The notes beneath the pieces are model-generated. The model worked only from the letters and a program-made list of their open reading frames with translations, did no database searches and was not told the DNA's origin. Shown here piece by piece: positions 23,075-36,400 of a stretch of DNA of 64,000 nucleotides (the stretch's first letter is position 1; each line of letters opens with the position of its first letter). A program made the position numbers and the translations under genes. Location of the stretch: assembly GCF_947568905.1 (NCBI RefSeq), contig NC_079167.1, positions 56,482,001 to 56,546,000 of the forward strand, in the 5' to 3' direction. This stretch comes from Ostrea edulis (lineage: Eukaryota).

Positions 23075-24237
23075 TGTCATTGTGCACTAGTGGGCCCCCT
23101 TCCAGGTATCTGGCTGGCTGCACACATGGCAGATCTCACCTCAGATCTCCATTTTTTCCAGTCATGAGGGTCGGCAGCACAGAGGTTCCATTCTCTTTGA
23201 TCTTTTTCCGTCAGCTCTCTCCATGATAGCATTGACAAACCAACTCTACGCCTACCAGGGACTTGTATATTGAGAGCGCACTTGACTGCACTGCTGGATT
23301 TGACAATGTGGCCATACCAGCGGAGTCTTCTTTCCCTTAAGATGAGGTTGAGGTCTTCGATACCAAGCCGCCCCAGCACTTCAATTGAACCTACAGTGAC
23401 CATATCTTCTGGCTTGATGTTGCAGATCTGTCTTATCATGGCCCTGTCATTGCACTGTAGATGATGAAGATTTGGCTTGGTCAGTGCCCAGGTCTTACTG
23501 GCATGGTGCATAGCGCTCCATACACAAGTGTTATACACTCACCACAGGTCTTGTATAACAGGTGGCGTGATATCAGGACCGATAGCAGCTCCTTGAACTT
23601 CTTCCAAGGGGTCTTCACATGTGTAGTGGTTGCAAGGTCACAGCCATCAGCCGTGGAAAGCATGTCCAAGGTAGCAGAAGGAACCTACAACCTCCAACTT
23701 GTCCAGACCAACTTGAACATCACTCTGCGGCCTGTTGTCAAGAGGGCGAGCCGTTCCCCTGCATCTTGAGCATCTAAAACGGTGTCCACAAACAGGTGCA
23801 TGAGTCCACTGCATTTCTTGTGCCCCCAGTGCTTGCATCCAAACCCGGTCAAAACCCGTACCGCAGATCATGATCTTGGTTTTGCTTGCATTCACTCTCA
23901 GTCCTTTCCTTTCCATAGCTTCTTTCCAAGTCAGGAGCCTCTTGACACATTCATCCAATGAGTCAGCAATGATAACCAAGTCATCAGCATACAAATCCTC
24001 CCAGGGAATACCTGTGCGAAATCTGCATGACAGAGCCTCGAGCACGATGATGAAAAGCAGAGGGCTGAGTACTGACCCCTGATGGACTCCAACCTTCACA
24101 GCAAACTCCTCACTGTAGCCGTCACCAATGCGAACACAGCTACGAGCATAGGCATACATCCCCTGCACCAGACAAAGAATCCACTCTTCCACACCAAGTT
24201 TTCGCAGTGTCCACCAGATCACCTTCCGAGGTTCCGT
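23075..24237 (-). pseudogene. 5'-truncated, disrupted RTE-clade LINE (RT domain and C-terminus)
   Basis: PRKVIWWTLRKLGVEEW...GVHQGSVLSPLLF...LYADDL...GLRVNASKTK, followed in a shifted frame by LRERRLRWYGHIV. Frameshifts and stops are present. Confidence 0.9.
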
Positions 24238-25074
24238 GATTTACATATATTACATGTACATGTGACATTAAACTGTATGTATGTAATTTAGGATTGCATA
24301 TAACATCATTTATATACTTATAGCATTATATAATTATAGCACTCTACTTTTCTTGCGTAATTCAAAACATTCAAATAAATATTCACATAACCTTCTAGCA
24401 TGAATTGCATTGACTAGGTTGCATATATAATACTTTACAATTGTTTCCCTTTGATATATTATTTGAATTTTAGATGTTTAAAGGGTATTACCATACCTCA
24501 GTATGAGAATTCTATGCAACACATAATCTGATTGGTTTAGACAGTCACGTGCCAGGGATGACAAAACTTCATATCTCCCTCTCAAACATCATATCTCCCC
24601 ATCATATTTACCTTTTGGTCAACCTCATGCATTTTCCATATATTTTACGGCAAGGTAGACATAGTTTATTGTGACGTCACAATAAGTCCAAGTCATTGTT
24701 CTTTCATAGTTTCATAAGGCACAAAATTTGCGGGTCTCTGATACAGTTAAATCACCTGGTTTTGGTTAATACAAAAACAAGCAAGTAAATCAGCATTCAA
24801 GGAGAATGGAAATACAAAAACTGCACCATATCACTGTGTTTCGTTGTTTGTACCTTCTACCGTAATATGTTAAAGGTGCGGTGTTACTGTTAGGGTGATC
24901 TCAGCTATATGCAATGTATAGATGAGCGGACGCAAATTTCAAATGCACTTTTGTAGTCTTGCTTGTTTCGGTACAATAAACAATTTATTGCATGAATGTT
25001 CGGGAGGTATGAAGATTTATTCATCAAAGAAAAATCATATTCCCCGAAGGCAACACCCTTAACTATTGCATTTA

Positions 25075-25330
25075 TCATGCAATAAATGTATAAGATTTCT
25101 TTCTAATATCTTTAAACATAAAGCAGACATATAAAAAAAGTAACTCATCTTCAACAGTACTTACAGTTATAGTTTTACACAACTGACAAAAACGACATTC
25201 TTTAGGGATACTTGGCTTTGAATATCTACCAGTTTTGATATCTATAGGTGGGCAGATAATGCCATATATCCTTAGCTTTGTTGATTTAGAGTGTATTACT
25301 TTCACAATTGAAAATTTCAAATAGTCTTGT
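25075..25330 (-). pseudogene. Degenerate 3' fragment of a CR1/L2-type LINE ORF2
   Basis: KLRI...PIDIKTGRYSKPSIPKECRFCQLC...VEDELLFLYVC resembles the LRxSxHxLxIExGRY...CxxC...EDExHFLxxC motif. Confidence 0.65.
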
Positions 25331-25506
25331 ATTTCACAGTTCGTCCTAATTTTACTGTAAAAGAGTAATTTTCCAAAATAAATAGCCTTGGGGTCATCTA
25401 CTCCTTTAGGATGGTAACCAGTGTACCAAGTTTGGTGTCAATCAAGCAAATGATTCTTAAGTATTGGAGACAATCCATTAAGTACTATGTCCAGTTTGAC
25501 CCTTAA

Positions 25507-26533
25507 AGGGACTGGTCCACGATTTTTTATACAGATATTTTTCATTTTTGATGTTAAACATTAAAAATATAACTCATTTAATGTTAACAGCCAAAATTTT
25601 GACCTACTGAATGAAAGAATAAAAGCAATGTTTTAACTTTAAGACTGTGTTATGTAAACAAAGACTCGAGTCATTTTACGTAAACAAACAAACAAGTGAA
25701 ATATTGATTCTGTAGTATAAAGCATCTTAAGGTATTCCATGTATAATGAAAGGATAATGAACAGTTTTGAAGGATTTAGATCAACATAAATGTTTATTGT
25801 TAAATAATGATGAAAGTGAAGCAGATGAAATTCACATGACTGGTAAATGATTAGAAGCTGACCTTTTTGCACTTAAGACTTTTTGGAAGAGTTGTCTGCC
25901 CTTTGTAAAATCAAGAAAAATCTAATTTTCTAAAAATGTGTGTGGTCAATGATTAATTTTATTTCATATTTTCACTAAGAGAAAGTGTTTGTAACTTTCT
26001 ACCAAGAGATTTGTGTGAAAATATAATTTCTTTTTAAAATATTGTAATAAAACATGCTTTTCCCATATACTTCAATGTTAAATCCTAGGTGAAATAAATC
26101 AAGCAGTAAACAAAATTTTGAAAATTCCTACGGTGGATTATTTTTATTTGATGAACCCTTCAAAATGATACCATGATTACAAAAATTCCACCATCCATTT
26201 ATTAGATATGAAATATGGTCATTACACATTGAATACCTTAATTTTGCATTGTCACAAATTTTGACTTTTAGATGACACATTCTACCCCAAAAATGTTTGA
26301 AATGTGAAAGATATGATAAACTTAGATCGATATCCATTTCTTTTGAAAATTTCGTAAACAATAGCATACCGCAATCTTTGTTTACAGAACAAATAATAAA
26401 CTCTCTAAAATGAGCTTCTGTGATAACATATAACCTTAATTCTTATGTGAAATCTTTCAAACACATTAGACAGTAGATTTTAATCATTAAAAGAGAAAAA
26501 CAAAATTTTGGTGAAAATCGTGAATCAGTCCCT
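25507..26533. mobile_element. Kolobok-type MITE family A, containing nested family C
   Basis: TTAA|AGGGACTGGTCCACG ... CGTGAATCAGTCCCT|TTAA. Confidence 0.85.
25731..26237. mobile_element. Kolobok-type MITE family C, nested at an internal TTAA of family A
   Basis: TTAA|GGTATTCCATGT ... ACATTGAATACC|TTAA. Removing it restores the family A sequence AAGCATCTTAATTTTGCA. Confidence 0.85.
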
Positions 26534-26537
26534 TTAA

Positions 26538-26855
26538 GGAGGTATGCTACACCAGCGAAATTTGATATGGATGAAAAGTGGAGGATACGTACAGCAATAT
26601 TTTGAAATTGAAAACTTTCAAATTTACTTTAATTAGTCAAAAAGTATAGTTTTAGTTGAAAGCAATCTGAGAAAAATTTAAAACCTCTACTGGACTCGAA
26701 CATGCGATCTACAGTTCAGCAGTTGACGTGCTAACCTACTGAACTACTCAGCTAGGTGAGGATTTTATAAATGAATAGACAAATGTTGCTGATATTTATA
26801 TTTTCCACCATGTTTTAAAAGGAAGTCAACCATTATGACAATATAGAGTACCTCC
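26538..26855. mobile_element. Kolobok-type MITE family B with an internal tRNA-like segment
   Basis: TTAA|GGAGGTA ... TACCTCC|TTAA, sharing its left TTAA with family A. A diverged relative lies at about 50850-51120. Confidence 0.75.
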
Positions 26856-27422
26856 TTAACTATATGTGAACCTAAAATTAATAAGGTCATCTATTCCATA
26901 TGATGCACCAGCTGAAGGGTACATATGTAAATGGGCCATAGAGTGATTTTATGGACATAAATGATATCGATCCAAAGGCGGATAAGCAAGTCAGAACTAG
27001 TAGAATGAACATATCTCTGCAAAACACACAAGGCCTATAAGAATTTCTGAAGTCTCTAAATTAATCTGTTTTTACCTGAATCTGACGTCCTAGTTTTTTG
27101 TTTTGGTTAGCGTTTTGTTTTTTTAAGATTTAAGAAAACCCATTACGCAAAATAATTAAGAACTTTCCATAAATTTCATTAAGTATAATTTTCAATATTG
27201 TGATTATTCAATGAAACAATTTGTGACCAAACATTATCAATATATATGCTTATTCTAACCATAACCTGTTTTATATAGCGCATACTATTATTCGTTTTGT
27301 AAAATTTATATATTCTTAATTTTTAGTGGGTCAACACCCGGCACTGTTTGAGATATTGGATGTGTCAAAGTCCAAAGTGAGAGAGTTAGGACTTCGAATT
27401 GGAAGATCTTACTAATTCAAGA

Positions 27423-30400
27423 ATGGCTGCAAATTCAGGGTAGAGTAAATTCTTGAAATTGATTTCCACGAAACACTGCAATTCATTTTATATAGTATGT
27501 GTATCACAAGTACCTGCATGATGAGGCGTCACGTTATAGTCCGAATTATCTCAGTTTTGAGTCACTACCGATAATCCTAGTTACAATATTCCATTAAGAC
27601 GACTTTAGTAAACTTATTTGTTTACTGATCATGATTGTCAGACACATACAACGTGATTATATACACAGGGGCTTGTAAGATACGACCTTACTTTCCCTAT
27701 CGTAACAGGATACAGCGAACTTTTGTACATGTATGTGAGCACATCCAGAAATTTTCCTCAGGGAAATGGGTTTCATCCCATAAATTTTTAGAGGTCCAAT
27801 CAAAACTATAGATTAACATTTTGTACTTTTACAACTGGAAGTGCATACAAATTGATAAATATATTTATTTTCTACCTAATTTAGGGGTTGTGGGTTAACA
27901 TTTGGGACCTCCATCCTCCCTCCCTCCCCAGATGTGTGCCTCATATAGCCTTTACCGATAGAATTCTTTGACTAAGATATTTGATTTAATAGAAAACAGG
28001 AAGAAATCTTGATTGTACTGAAAATCGTACAATAGGATAATAAAAGTTGTCAAAAATCACTTATTTATTAGAGCAGTGACCTATCTCATAAATCCTATAA
28101 AGAATACAGAATGAAGAGTTGGTATTTGGAGCCTAGGAGCAGTAAGCGTTTCCTGTGGACCAGTCACACCCGCTCTAAAACTCTACATGTTTTGAAACCC
28201 CAACAATCTTCTTTCATTGTTATAATGATATATTGACATTTGTTCATAACTAATATATCAGTTTAAATTCTGACGTGATACATTTTGTTATACATTACAC
28301 CTAACACGGCGCACTGCATTGTGTTAGGGACCACAAAATGAGGATGAAATTAAGATAATCTATGAAAGTTTTTAACATGACATGAAGGAGATGTGACTTC
28401 CATCTTTCTGCCTGTCTGTTAGCTTTTTCATGTCAGGGTCACATCTTTCACACTGTAGGGTCAACTGATGTATGTTGGGAGGGGTGGGGGTGCAACCCAA
28501 AAGTGAGTCCTGTTGCCTCATTTTGGAATTTTATGGCTTTATATTCTAAGATCATGTATGGATCTTGTACTTTGTATGGACTAGCTTCATTAAATCTGGC
28601 CTGCTGATGGATCGTGTATGAAACATTGGTATGCATTATGTACATGTCAATATAGTTGCAGAATGTATGCTGGAAATGTAGAAATTTTAGGTTCAAGATA
28701 TAACTCTAAATTCCTTTCTAGATGCTACATATTGAACGAAAGGAAAATATGCAAATGTCCAAAGATTACTTCAATTTGTTTGAATTGAGAAAGTTTTTGT
28801 AAAGGGAGGGGTGATTCATAAATGAAAGTTTAAAAGTTTTCCATGAATGGAATAATACTGCCTTAAACTTTTTAACCCTTGGGGAGCAGAACAAACTGAC
28901 TGTCTAGTACTATAATTATTCCAAGGTGTCATAGTTTGTTTTTCATTTCGTACTCTAGCACATATAAGCTAGACTAATTCATTCATTTTCAACATTCATT
29001 GTGCTTGTGCAGATTAGTACCAGTTAGTACATATTATATAAAAGGATAGTTATATTCATGTGTCATATATATGTCATATGTAAACAGTTTCTGTTGTAAA
29101 AAAAGAAAATAATAAGAATTTGAGATAATCAAATAAAATATAACAGTGTTGCTTGGGATTATCAAAATTATCATTCTATTTGCAAAGAACATTAGGTACA
29201 ATTGTGTATTTAAAAAGGCCCAAAAGATTTCTCTGTTTTGAATGCATCTTGAATTAAGCTTGATCTGTATTTTAAGTAAGTTAAATATGCCAAGTATAGT
29301 ATCTCAACTTAAATCAAAGTTATTGCTTATTTTATAGCAATATTATATCATAAATAAGAATTTTCCCCGCCCTTTTTCAAAAAGAGCTTAATAACTGTTG
29401 AATTTCATCTAGATTATTGCCTAGGAAAAGGTGTGTCCATCTGTCGAGCAAAATGAAATTAATATATATGTTTATTAATAGACGATAAGAAATGTATTTG
29501 AATATGAATTTGCTCGACACATGGACTGCATGTTTTCTGAATGGAAAACCCCCAAAATTTTTGAATTTTTTCATTGACTTTGGCATTTTTGGCAATTTAT
29601 GGGTTTGGTTATATATTCTTTTTTGGAATGGCAGATTTCGGAACTCCTATTGAAATCATCAATTTTATGGGCCAGATGACTGTAGTAACTGTACCTGCTT
29701 CTTTTCTGTAGTGTTTGTAGGAAAATATTTTACCTGTACATGACATAAAACTAGATTGGAGGGCTTATATATAGGCTCTGCATCTGCTGCCCCATCCCGT
29801 TTGTAAATTTGTTTACTAGGTATGTACATATATATAAGTAAAATATTGTTCAAATCAAATCCAGGACGTTTGAATTCTAAGAATGAATGGTGATGTCCAT
29901 TAACTATGATCAAGTGAGTAAGGACTTAGTATGTGAATGTACATTGTTTACAGAATTATTTTACAGGTTTCCTAACAAAGGGTAATGTACCATTCTGATT
30001 ATCCTTTTCACTATATTCAGTTGTCCAACTCATTAGGCCTATCTCTTGGTAAATCATCTCTAAATAGCACATTGAGTAAAGGAAAATACGTGTCTGCATC
30101 ATCATCAGTTATTTATGATGTCACTATTCCACTGACATATATCTCTTAGTAAATCATATATTGATAGTTACATTTCCAATGTTTTTGCCTTTGATATCTT
30201 TACAAATTGTAATGATAGTCATTTCCTCATGAATGTGTTGCAGTTTAACTTTTTAAAAATGTGCTGCCATATGAATCTTGATCGATATAATACTTCTATT
30301 TGAACGTTTGGGAATTCCAACAGAAATAAAGTAAAATGTAAATATAAAAAATGAATTATGTTTTTTTTTTTGAAAAATACATGAGGGTATGAACTGCAAT

Positions 30401-33400
30401 GTTTTACACCAGCATACTTTTCACAAAGCGTCACCATTCATACCCCCGTGTATTTTCAAATTTGAAATTTATTTCTTAAATAGCACATTTAGTAAAGAAA
30501 ATGAGGTGTGTTGATACTTGACTATCATCACCAGTCATATCCCACCGGCATTACTTATGTTTCAGTATTCATAAAGCTAATTCTTTTTCCATTTTTCAGA
30601 AGCAGCCAGGCTAACTGTCAATATTATATCCCTAAAAGTCTGTTTGCAGCATTTGATCAAATTCAAAAGATGTATTTTGTCAATTGTTCAAAGCAATTAC
30701 AGTGATCCTTTGTTTGAGGGCTTAATCTGTTCAGAAAATCATCATCAAATTTTAATTTTTAAAAAAACACTTTTCATTTTAACAGATGCTCATGAAATTT
30801 GAGAGACAGTGATTAAGAACATATCAATATGTTTTAATGAAATAGGAATACATACAAACTGTCAAGAAAATGAAAATATTAGTCATTACCCTTTACTCTT
30901 TTCAAACTAAAACGCAAGTGGAATGTACATCGTTTCAAATTCGAGAAAGTCATCAGCTTGCTCAGCATTTTACCAACTCTAACAAACCATGAGATGTTAA
31001 AACTTTCCATAATGATAAAAAAGAATTAAATTGACTTGTTGACATGTTTGAGATTAATAATGGGAAATTAACAAAAAGGTTGGGAACAATTTGTGTTTAC
31101 CATGTGTCATGCTTAGCTAGACAACCACATTAGGAACCCCATCACAATTAATTACACATACATGTATATATCTAGTGTGTAATTATGCAAAACATGCTCA
31201 TATGCAGTTTGTGATGGAGGAGGGGATTGTACTTAGTTAATTCCACACATTTTATTCACAACTGCCTTTTGTGCATTTCCCTGACCCCTATGACCTTTGT
31301 TGAACGTACATGTAATGTATCAACATTAATCTACAAAAAATATTTTAATAAATTGCAAGATGCAAAAAATTGCTATATGTAAACACATATATATATCTAT
31401 ATATGTTACCAGGTTGTTGGCTGGGAAGACTCTCTTCATTACTGGTGCAAGTAGAGGTATTGGGAAGGCGATCGCTCTGAAGGCTGCTAAAGATGGTGCC
31501 AACATTGTTATTGCTGCTAAGACCACCACACCACACCCCAAACTTCCAGGAACCATTTACACAGCTGCAAAAGAAGGTTAATTGTACATGTAATTTATAG
31601 TTGAACTAGAATAGTTATTGTAGGGACTGTTATGTTCCACATCCTACTGCTAGTCATAGAGTCATGTTAATTAAAATCAAATTTGATCTGCTTACTAAGA
31701 TAGACACCTAGTGAGATATTGTTGGATCATGGTGCAGCAATCTAAGGGAGTGTATCAAAGATTCTCATTTTCATTAGACTGCATAATGCCCCCTATTCTC
31801 TACAGATATGATTTATTTCTTCATATACTGTGCAGGATCCACAGGAACTTATTTCTGTAAAGAACTTTAGAAGTTATATGTCTGTATTAATATACAAGAT
31901 CCCCTCATAAGAACATTTTAGCACATTATTTCACTACATATACGATCCAATTTCCAAAGGTACAATGTGAAAAGATTGAATACAATGTTTACAGACTTTA
32001 TATGCAGTAATGTAGAATTTAAACAACAGCCAATGAAAATCAACATTTGGACATGTTTGTGGTTGCATGTTGTTTATATATGTTGTGTTTAGACTTCCAA
32101 CAGGTTGTCAACATTTTGAAATTACTATATTTCATTGAGAAGTTATTACTCAAATAAGATTCGAGATGCACTTGAAGGGTTTTTCTTTATGCAGTATGTC
32201 AAAGAATCCCACCCTCAAGATAAATGTAAAGTTTTTGAAAGGAAATTTTTGAAAATTAAAAAGTTATTGCTATGAAATCCAAGATGTTCTATTTTCATTT
32301 TGTTTTATTCTATCACAGTATTGTCAGTCCTTTATGTAAATTGGTGGAATATTTGCAAATCAGAAAGCTGTCTGGTGAATTTCTCTGTTTTAAAATATAA
32401 CAAACTTGGCATCACCTCACTATTACTGGTTTCAAACAAATCTCTTGACCTCAAAGGTTATTTCCCATCAAATGTTAAAATTCAGACATTATTTCAGAAC
32501 TACATGTACAAGACTTTTACAATTAACAGTGGAAGAAGCTGGAGGGAAGTGTTTGCCATGTGCAGTAGACATCAGGAATGATAGCTCTGTACAAGCAGCC
32601 ATGAAGGAGGCAGCAGACAAATTTGGAGGCATAGATATCCTGGTCAACAATGCTAGTGCCATCAGTTTGACTGGTACAGATGTCACAGACCCCAAGAGAT
32701 TCGATCTCATGATGGGGATCAATGCCAGGGGGACCTACATGTGGTGAGTGAAGAAAAAATGTTACAAAAGCCTTGGCTTTATCATTGCTTTGAATCTCAG
32801 TCATATTTAATGACTTAGAGAGTTCAAAGAGTACATTCTGATATTTTAGACTGTTGCATTATTAAATTTTGAAATTTTTACTTTGAAGCTTAAAAGGGAA
32901 GTGAAAATAGAGTAGCGTTGGTTGTCACACAACTTCTCTTAACATTGGCAACAAGACATAGTTTTTCTCATTGATTATTTACACTAGCATGTTGTGAAGC
33001 TGAAGATAGGGAACGGCAGTTTTGACAGATACATAACCTTTACAACACAGTGTAAGACATACATGTATGTATTTGGATGTTTCAGTTCTAAGTTTGCCCT
33101 GCCTTATCTACAAAAGTCCAGCAACCCACACATCCTCAACATCAGCCCTCCACTGAACATGAATCCGAGATGGTTCAAGGACCATGTAGGTCAGTTCACC
33201 CGTTTGACAACTAGAGTTTGATATTGTGGACAGGCAATGATACCATGGTTTTGGGTCCACACATTTTCCTTAGGACCCAAAACTGTAATATGGGAAGATG
33301 AATCATGGATGCAATTATCAAAAAGATTGGTTTTTACATTTCAATAGCTCTTGGAATCTTTATATTACTTTCTCCATTGTAGAATTTGATGTATGTTTTT

Positions 33401-36400
33401 TTTAATCAATTCACACTTACTGTCAATGTTGAATTTTCTAGCGTACACAATGGCTAAGTATGGAATGTCCATGTGTGTACTGGGAATGTCAGGCGAGCTG
33501 AAGCCATTGTCTATAGCAGTGAATGCTCTCTGGCCTCGTACAGGTATGCATCAGATATTTTATGCATTTGGTATTTTGAAATATCTGTGGTAGAAATGGT
33601 TGATTAACAGATGGAGATGATGGTTAGTTAAGTGGTTAGAACACCAGGCTCTGGGGCCATAAACTCAGACTAGCTCACTTTTGATCTCAGTTTCACTTTT
33701 ATAAAAGGAACATATAGAAAAAAGGTGGGACTTAGATCAACGGTGAGCTCGTCCAAGTTTTATGGCCCTGTGGCCAGATCAGTACCATTGTCCAGTCCAA
33801 TCAAGTTTCGATTGTGTATACTCTATTTCTAACAACGGATGTTACTGTGGCTAACCCTGATCAGCATTTAATAGTCATTGATAATTCTTCATTTTGGGTG
33901 AACTTATGTTGTTTACGGTATGGATAACTATCTAAGGAAGATCATAATTATAGTTCCACCAAAAAATTGTACGAGGTTATTTAAATGATCAACAGTCAAT
34001 GAAGTATAGAACAATAATTTTATGATTCATGTCCATTTTCTGTAGCTATATATACTGCTGCCATGGAAATGTTGGGAGGTGGATCCGGTGTATCCGATCA
34101 GTGCAGAAAACCCGAGATAATGAGTGATGCAGCCTACGTCATTCTGACAAAGAAGAGCTCAGAATACACAGGAAACTTTACTATTGATGATGAGGTGCTC
34201 AGGAGTGCAGGAGTTTCTGACCTTGAACAATACTCTTGTGTCCCAGGTAAAGTATTCTCAAAACTTTCACTTGTTAACCAAAACATTTGATGTAAAGCAG
34301 TTTCTTTTGTTAACAGAGGTATTAGTCTCGTTTAAGGTAGGCAGGTCAGTGGCATGAACATATTATTTGTAAATGAATTTTTCTCTTACTTGGTAAAATT
34401 GTAGTAATGGGGACCCTAAATACGATTAGTCAAAATCATACGAGAGTTCTTGTATTGAAGGGAGTTATGGAAGAGTTACCTTCCCTGAAAAACAGTGATA
34501 ATTGATCAACATTACCTCATAGTCTTGTTAAACTTTCTTTAAAATTATTTTTTGTTTGAAATTCACACAGGCGAAAGGGAATTGATACTCTTTCCATAAG
34601 TTTTCAGCATCTTTTCAGATTTTGTGATTGAGACAATTAAAATTTACTCCGTAAAACCCTGTTTTCACTATTGTCTCACACATTTATCTGATTTTATGGA
34701 AAAAAATGTGTCTTGTCAAAACACAATAAATAAAATATATAGATAGACTTAATACATCATGGGAATATGAAATACTCAAGCTTACCTCAATGTTAAAACT
34801 ACAAAGGCATTTAACTTTGTGATTTTGCACTAATATAACTGCCTTTATATGATCATCATATATTCTTAAATGGTACTTTCAATGCTTATCGATATTTAAG
34901 AATTCCAAAGAACTATAGAAATCATATTGTTTTAATGTGAAGGAGAATTAATGAAGTTCAAGAAAAATAAGGGAAAAAATCCACCAAATCACACTTGCGG
35001 GATTTTCTCATTTGCCTGGGTTTGGGGGCCTTATCACTGTACCATGTACTTAACAGCTATAACTCCCCAGCCTACTACGAGACGTAACATAGTTTAGTGT
35101 ACTATGATGCTATAGCTAGTAAAGTGACAACAGCCACTATTATGATGTGCAGTTTGTGTCACATTATTTTAAATCACAATCAGTGACCTGCCTATCCTCG
35201 AGTAACCATGGTGTATAAAGAAAATAAGAATCATGAATTACATTTTTCTGCAAAATGGATGTAGTATATACTCTTTGAAGAAAGATATTTGTAATTGCAT
35301 TTTTGATATAAATTGTGAAATAATTTCAAGTGATTTTAGAATAAAGGGTAGATGCAGGCTGAATTGTACCAAGTCCTTTATGCATGAAGTGACTTGGAGA
35401 AAACAATCAATCATTACTGCATGTATACATCTTTAAAATTTCTGTGCAGGTACCACATTACTCCCAGATTTTTTCCTTGATGGTGAGGACCCACATGATA
35501 TCAGAAAACAGATGGAGGAAAAGGGTGGCACCCCAGCATTTGGTGGTGGATCTCAGTCTTCAGGTGGTGGACCAGCAAAAACATTTAATGCTGTCAAGGG
35601 TATGCTGAATGAGGACCTTGTGTCTTCAATGAATGGAGTCTTCCAGTTTAAATTAACAGGTAAAATTCTCCACAGAAGTTTCATTGTATAATGAGTGTCT
35701 ATTCCTCCAGCGAAATGGGGAAAACATTTTCCCTTAAAATGAAAATATATGTATAGTGTTACCTCGGTATATATCGCCACTCGTTTTATAGCTACCCCCA
35801 CATACTGCCATCAAAATTTTGTACAACGGATTTCCATACACGCTAAGAAAAACCTATACAACGACAACCTTGCCTATTGCCATCCGCCACCTGTTTTCAG
35901 GTTCAAAAGGTCAAATTGCCTTTCTAAATCCCCCGATAACAATGCCAATGGCCAGAGATCAGAAGCTCTAATTTTACATAATTGGTCTGCTCAGGTAAAT
36001 CAGTGAAACTAAACTTAGTACGTGTCCTGAAAACACATATAAAGCATAGGTAATTGCAATAATAACTTGAACATACTCAATTAAAAATTGCCTCTGAAAT
36101 CGTCCAGTACTATTGCCTACGCATGAACAACTGAGAAATGAAACTACTACCAGCTGCAAACTTCCACCAATGTTCATTTGCACCCTAACCAAATCTCTTT
36201 TCGATGAGACTTGCTATCAACTGCTGTAAATTTCCTGTACCATGCGACTATTGTGTGTATTTATGTGTGTGATGTCATATTTCTGTGTTCCAGAAAAAAG
36301 TTGCAGCCAGCATTAAATGTGTGTATGTCAACCACTCAACGTATTCAGTCATCGTAGAACCTACCGTGCCACAAATAAAACTATTGTAGATATACTTACG

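Noticed and set aside
24612-24700. Possible non-coding first exon of the thiolase (AAAAG|gtaaat donor on the minus strand, next to a GTGACGTCAC CRE palindrome)
   Set aside because: Plausible, but a non-coding exon cannot be supported from sequence alone; it needs transcript data.
25804-25862. ATGATGA ... CTGA spacing resembling a C/D-box snoRNA
   Set aside because: It lies inside MITE C, with no terminal stem and no recognisable rRNA/snRNA guide.
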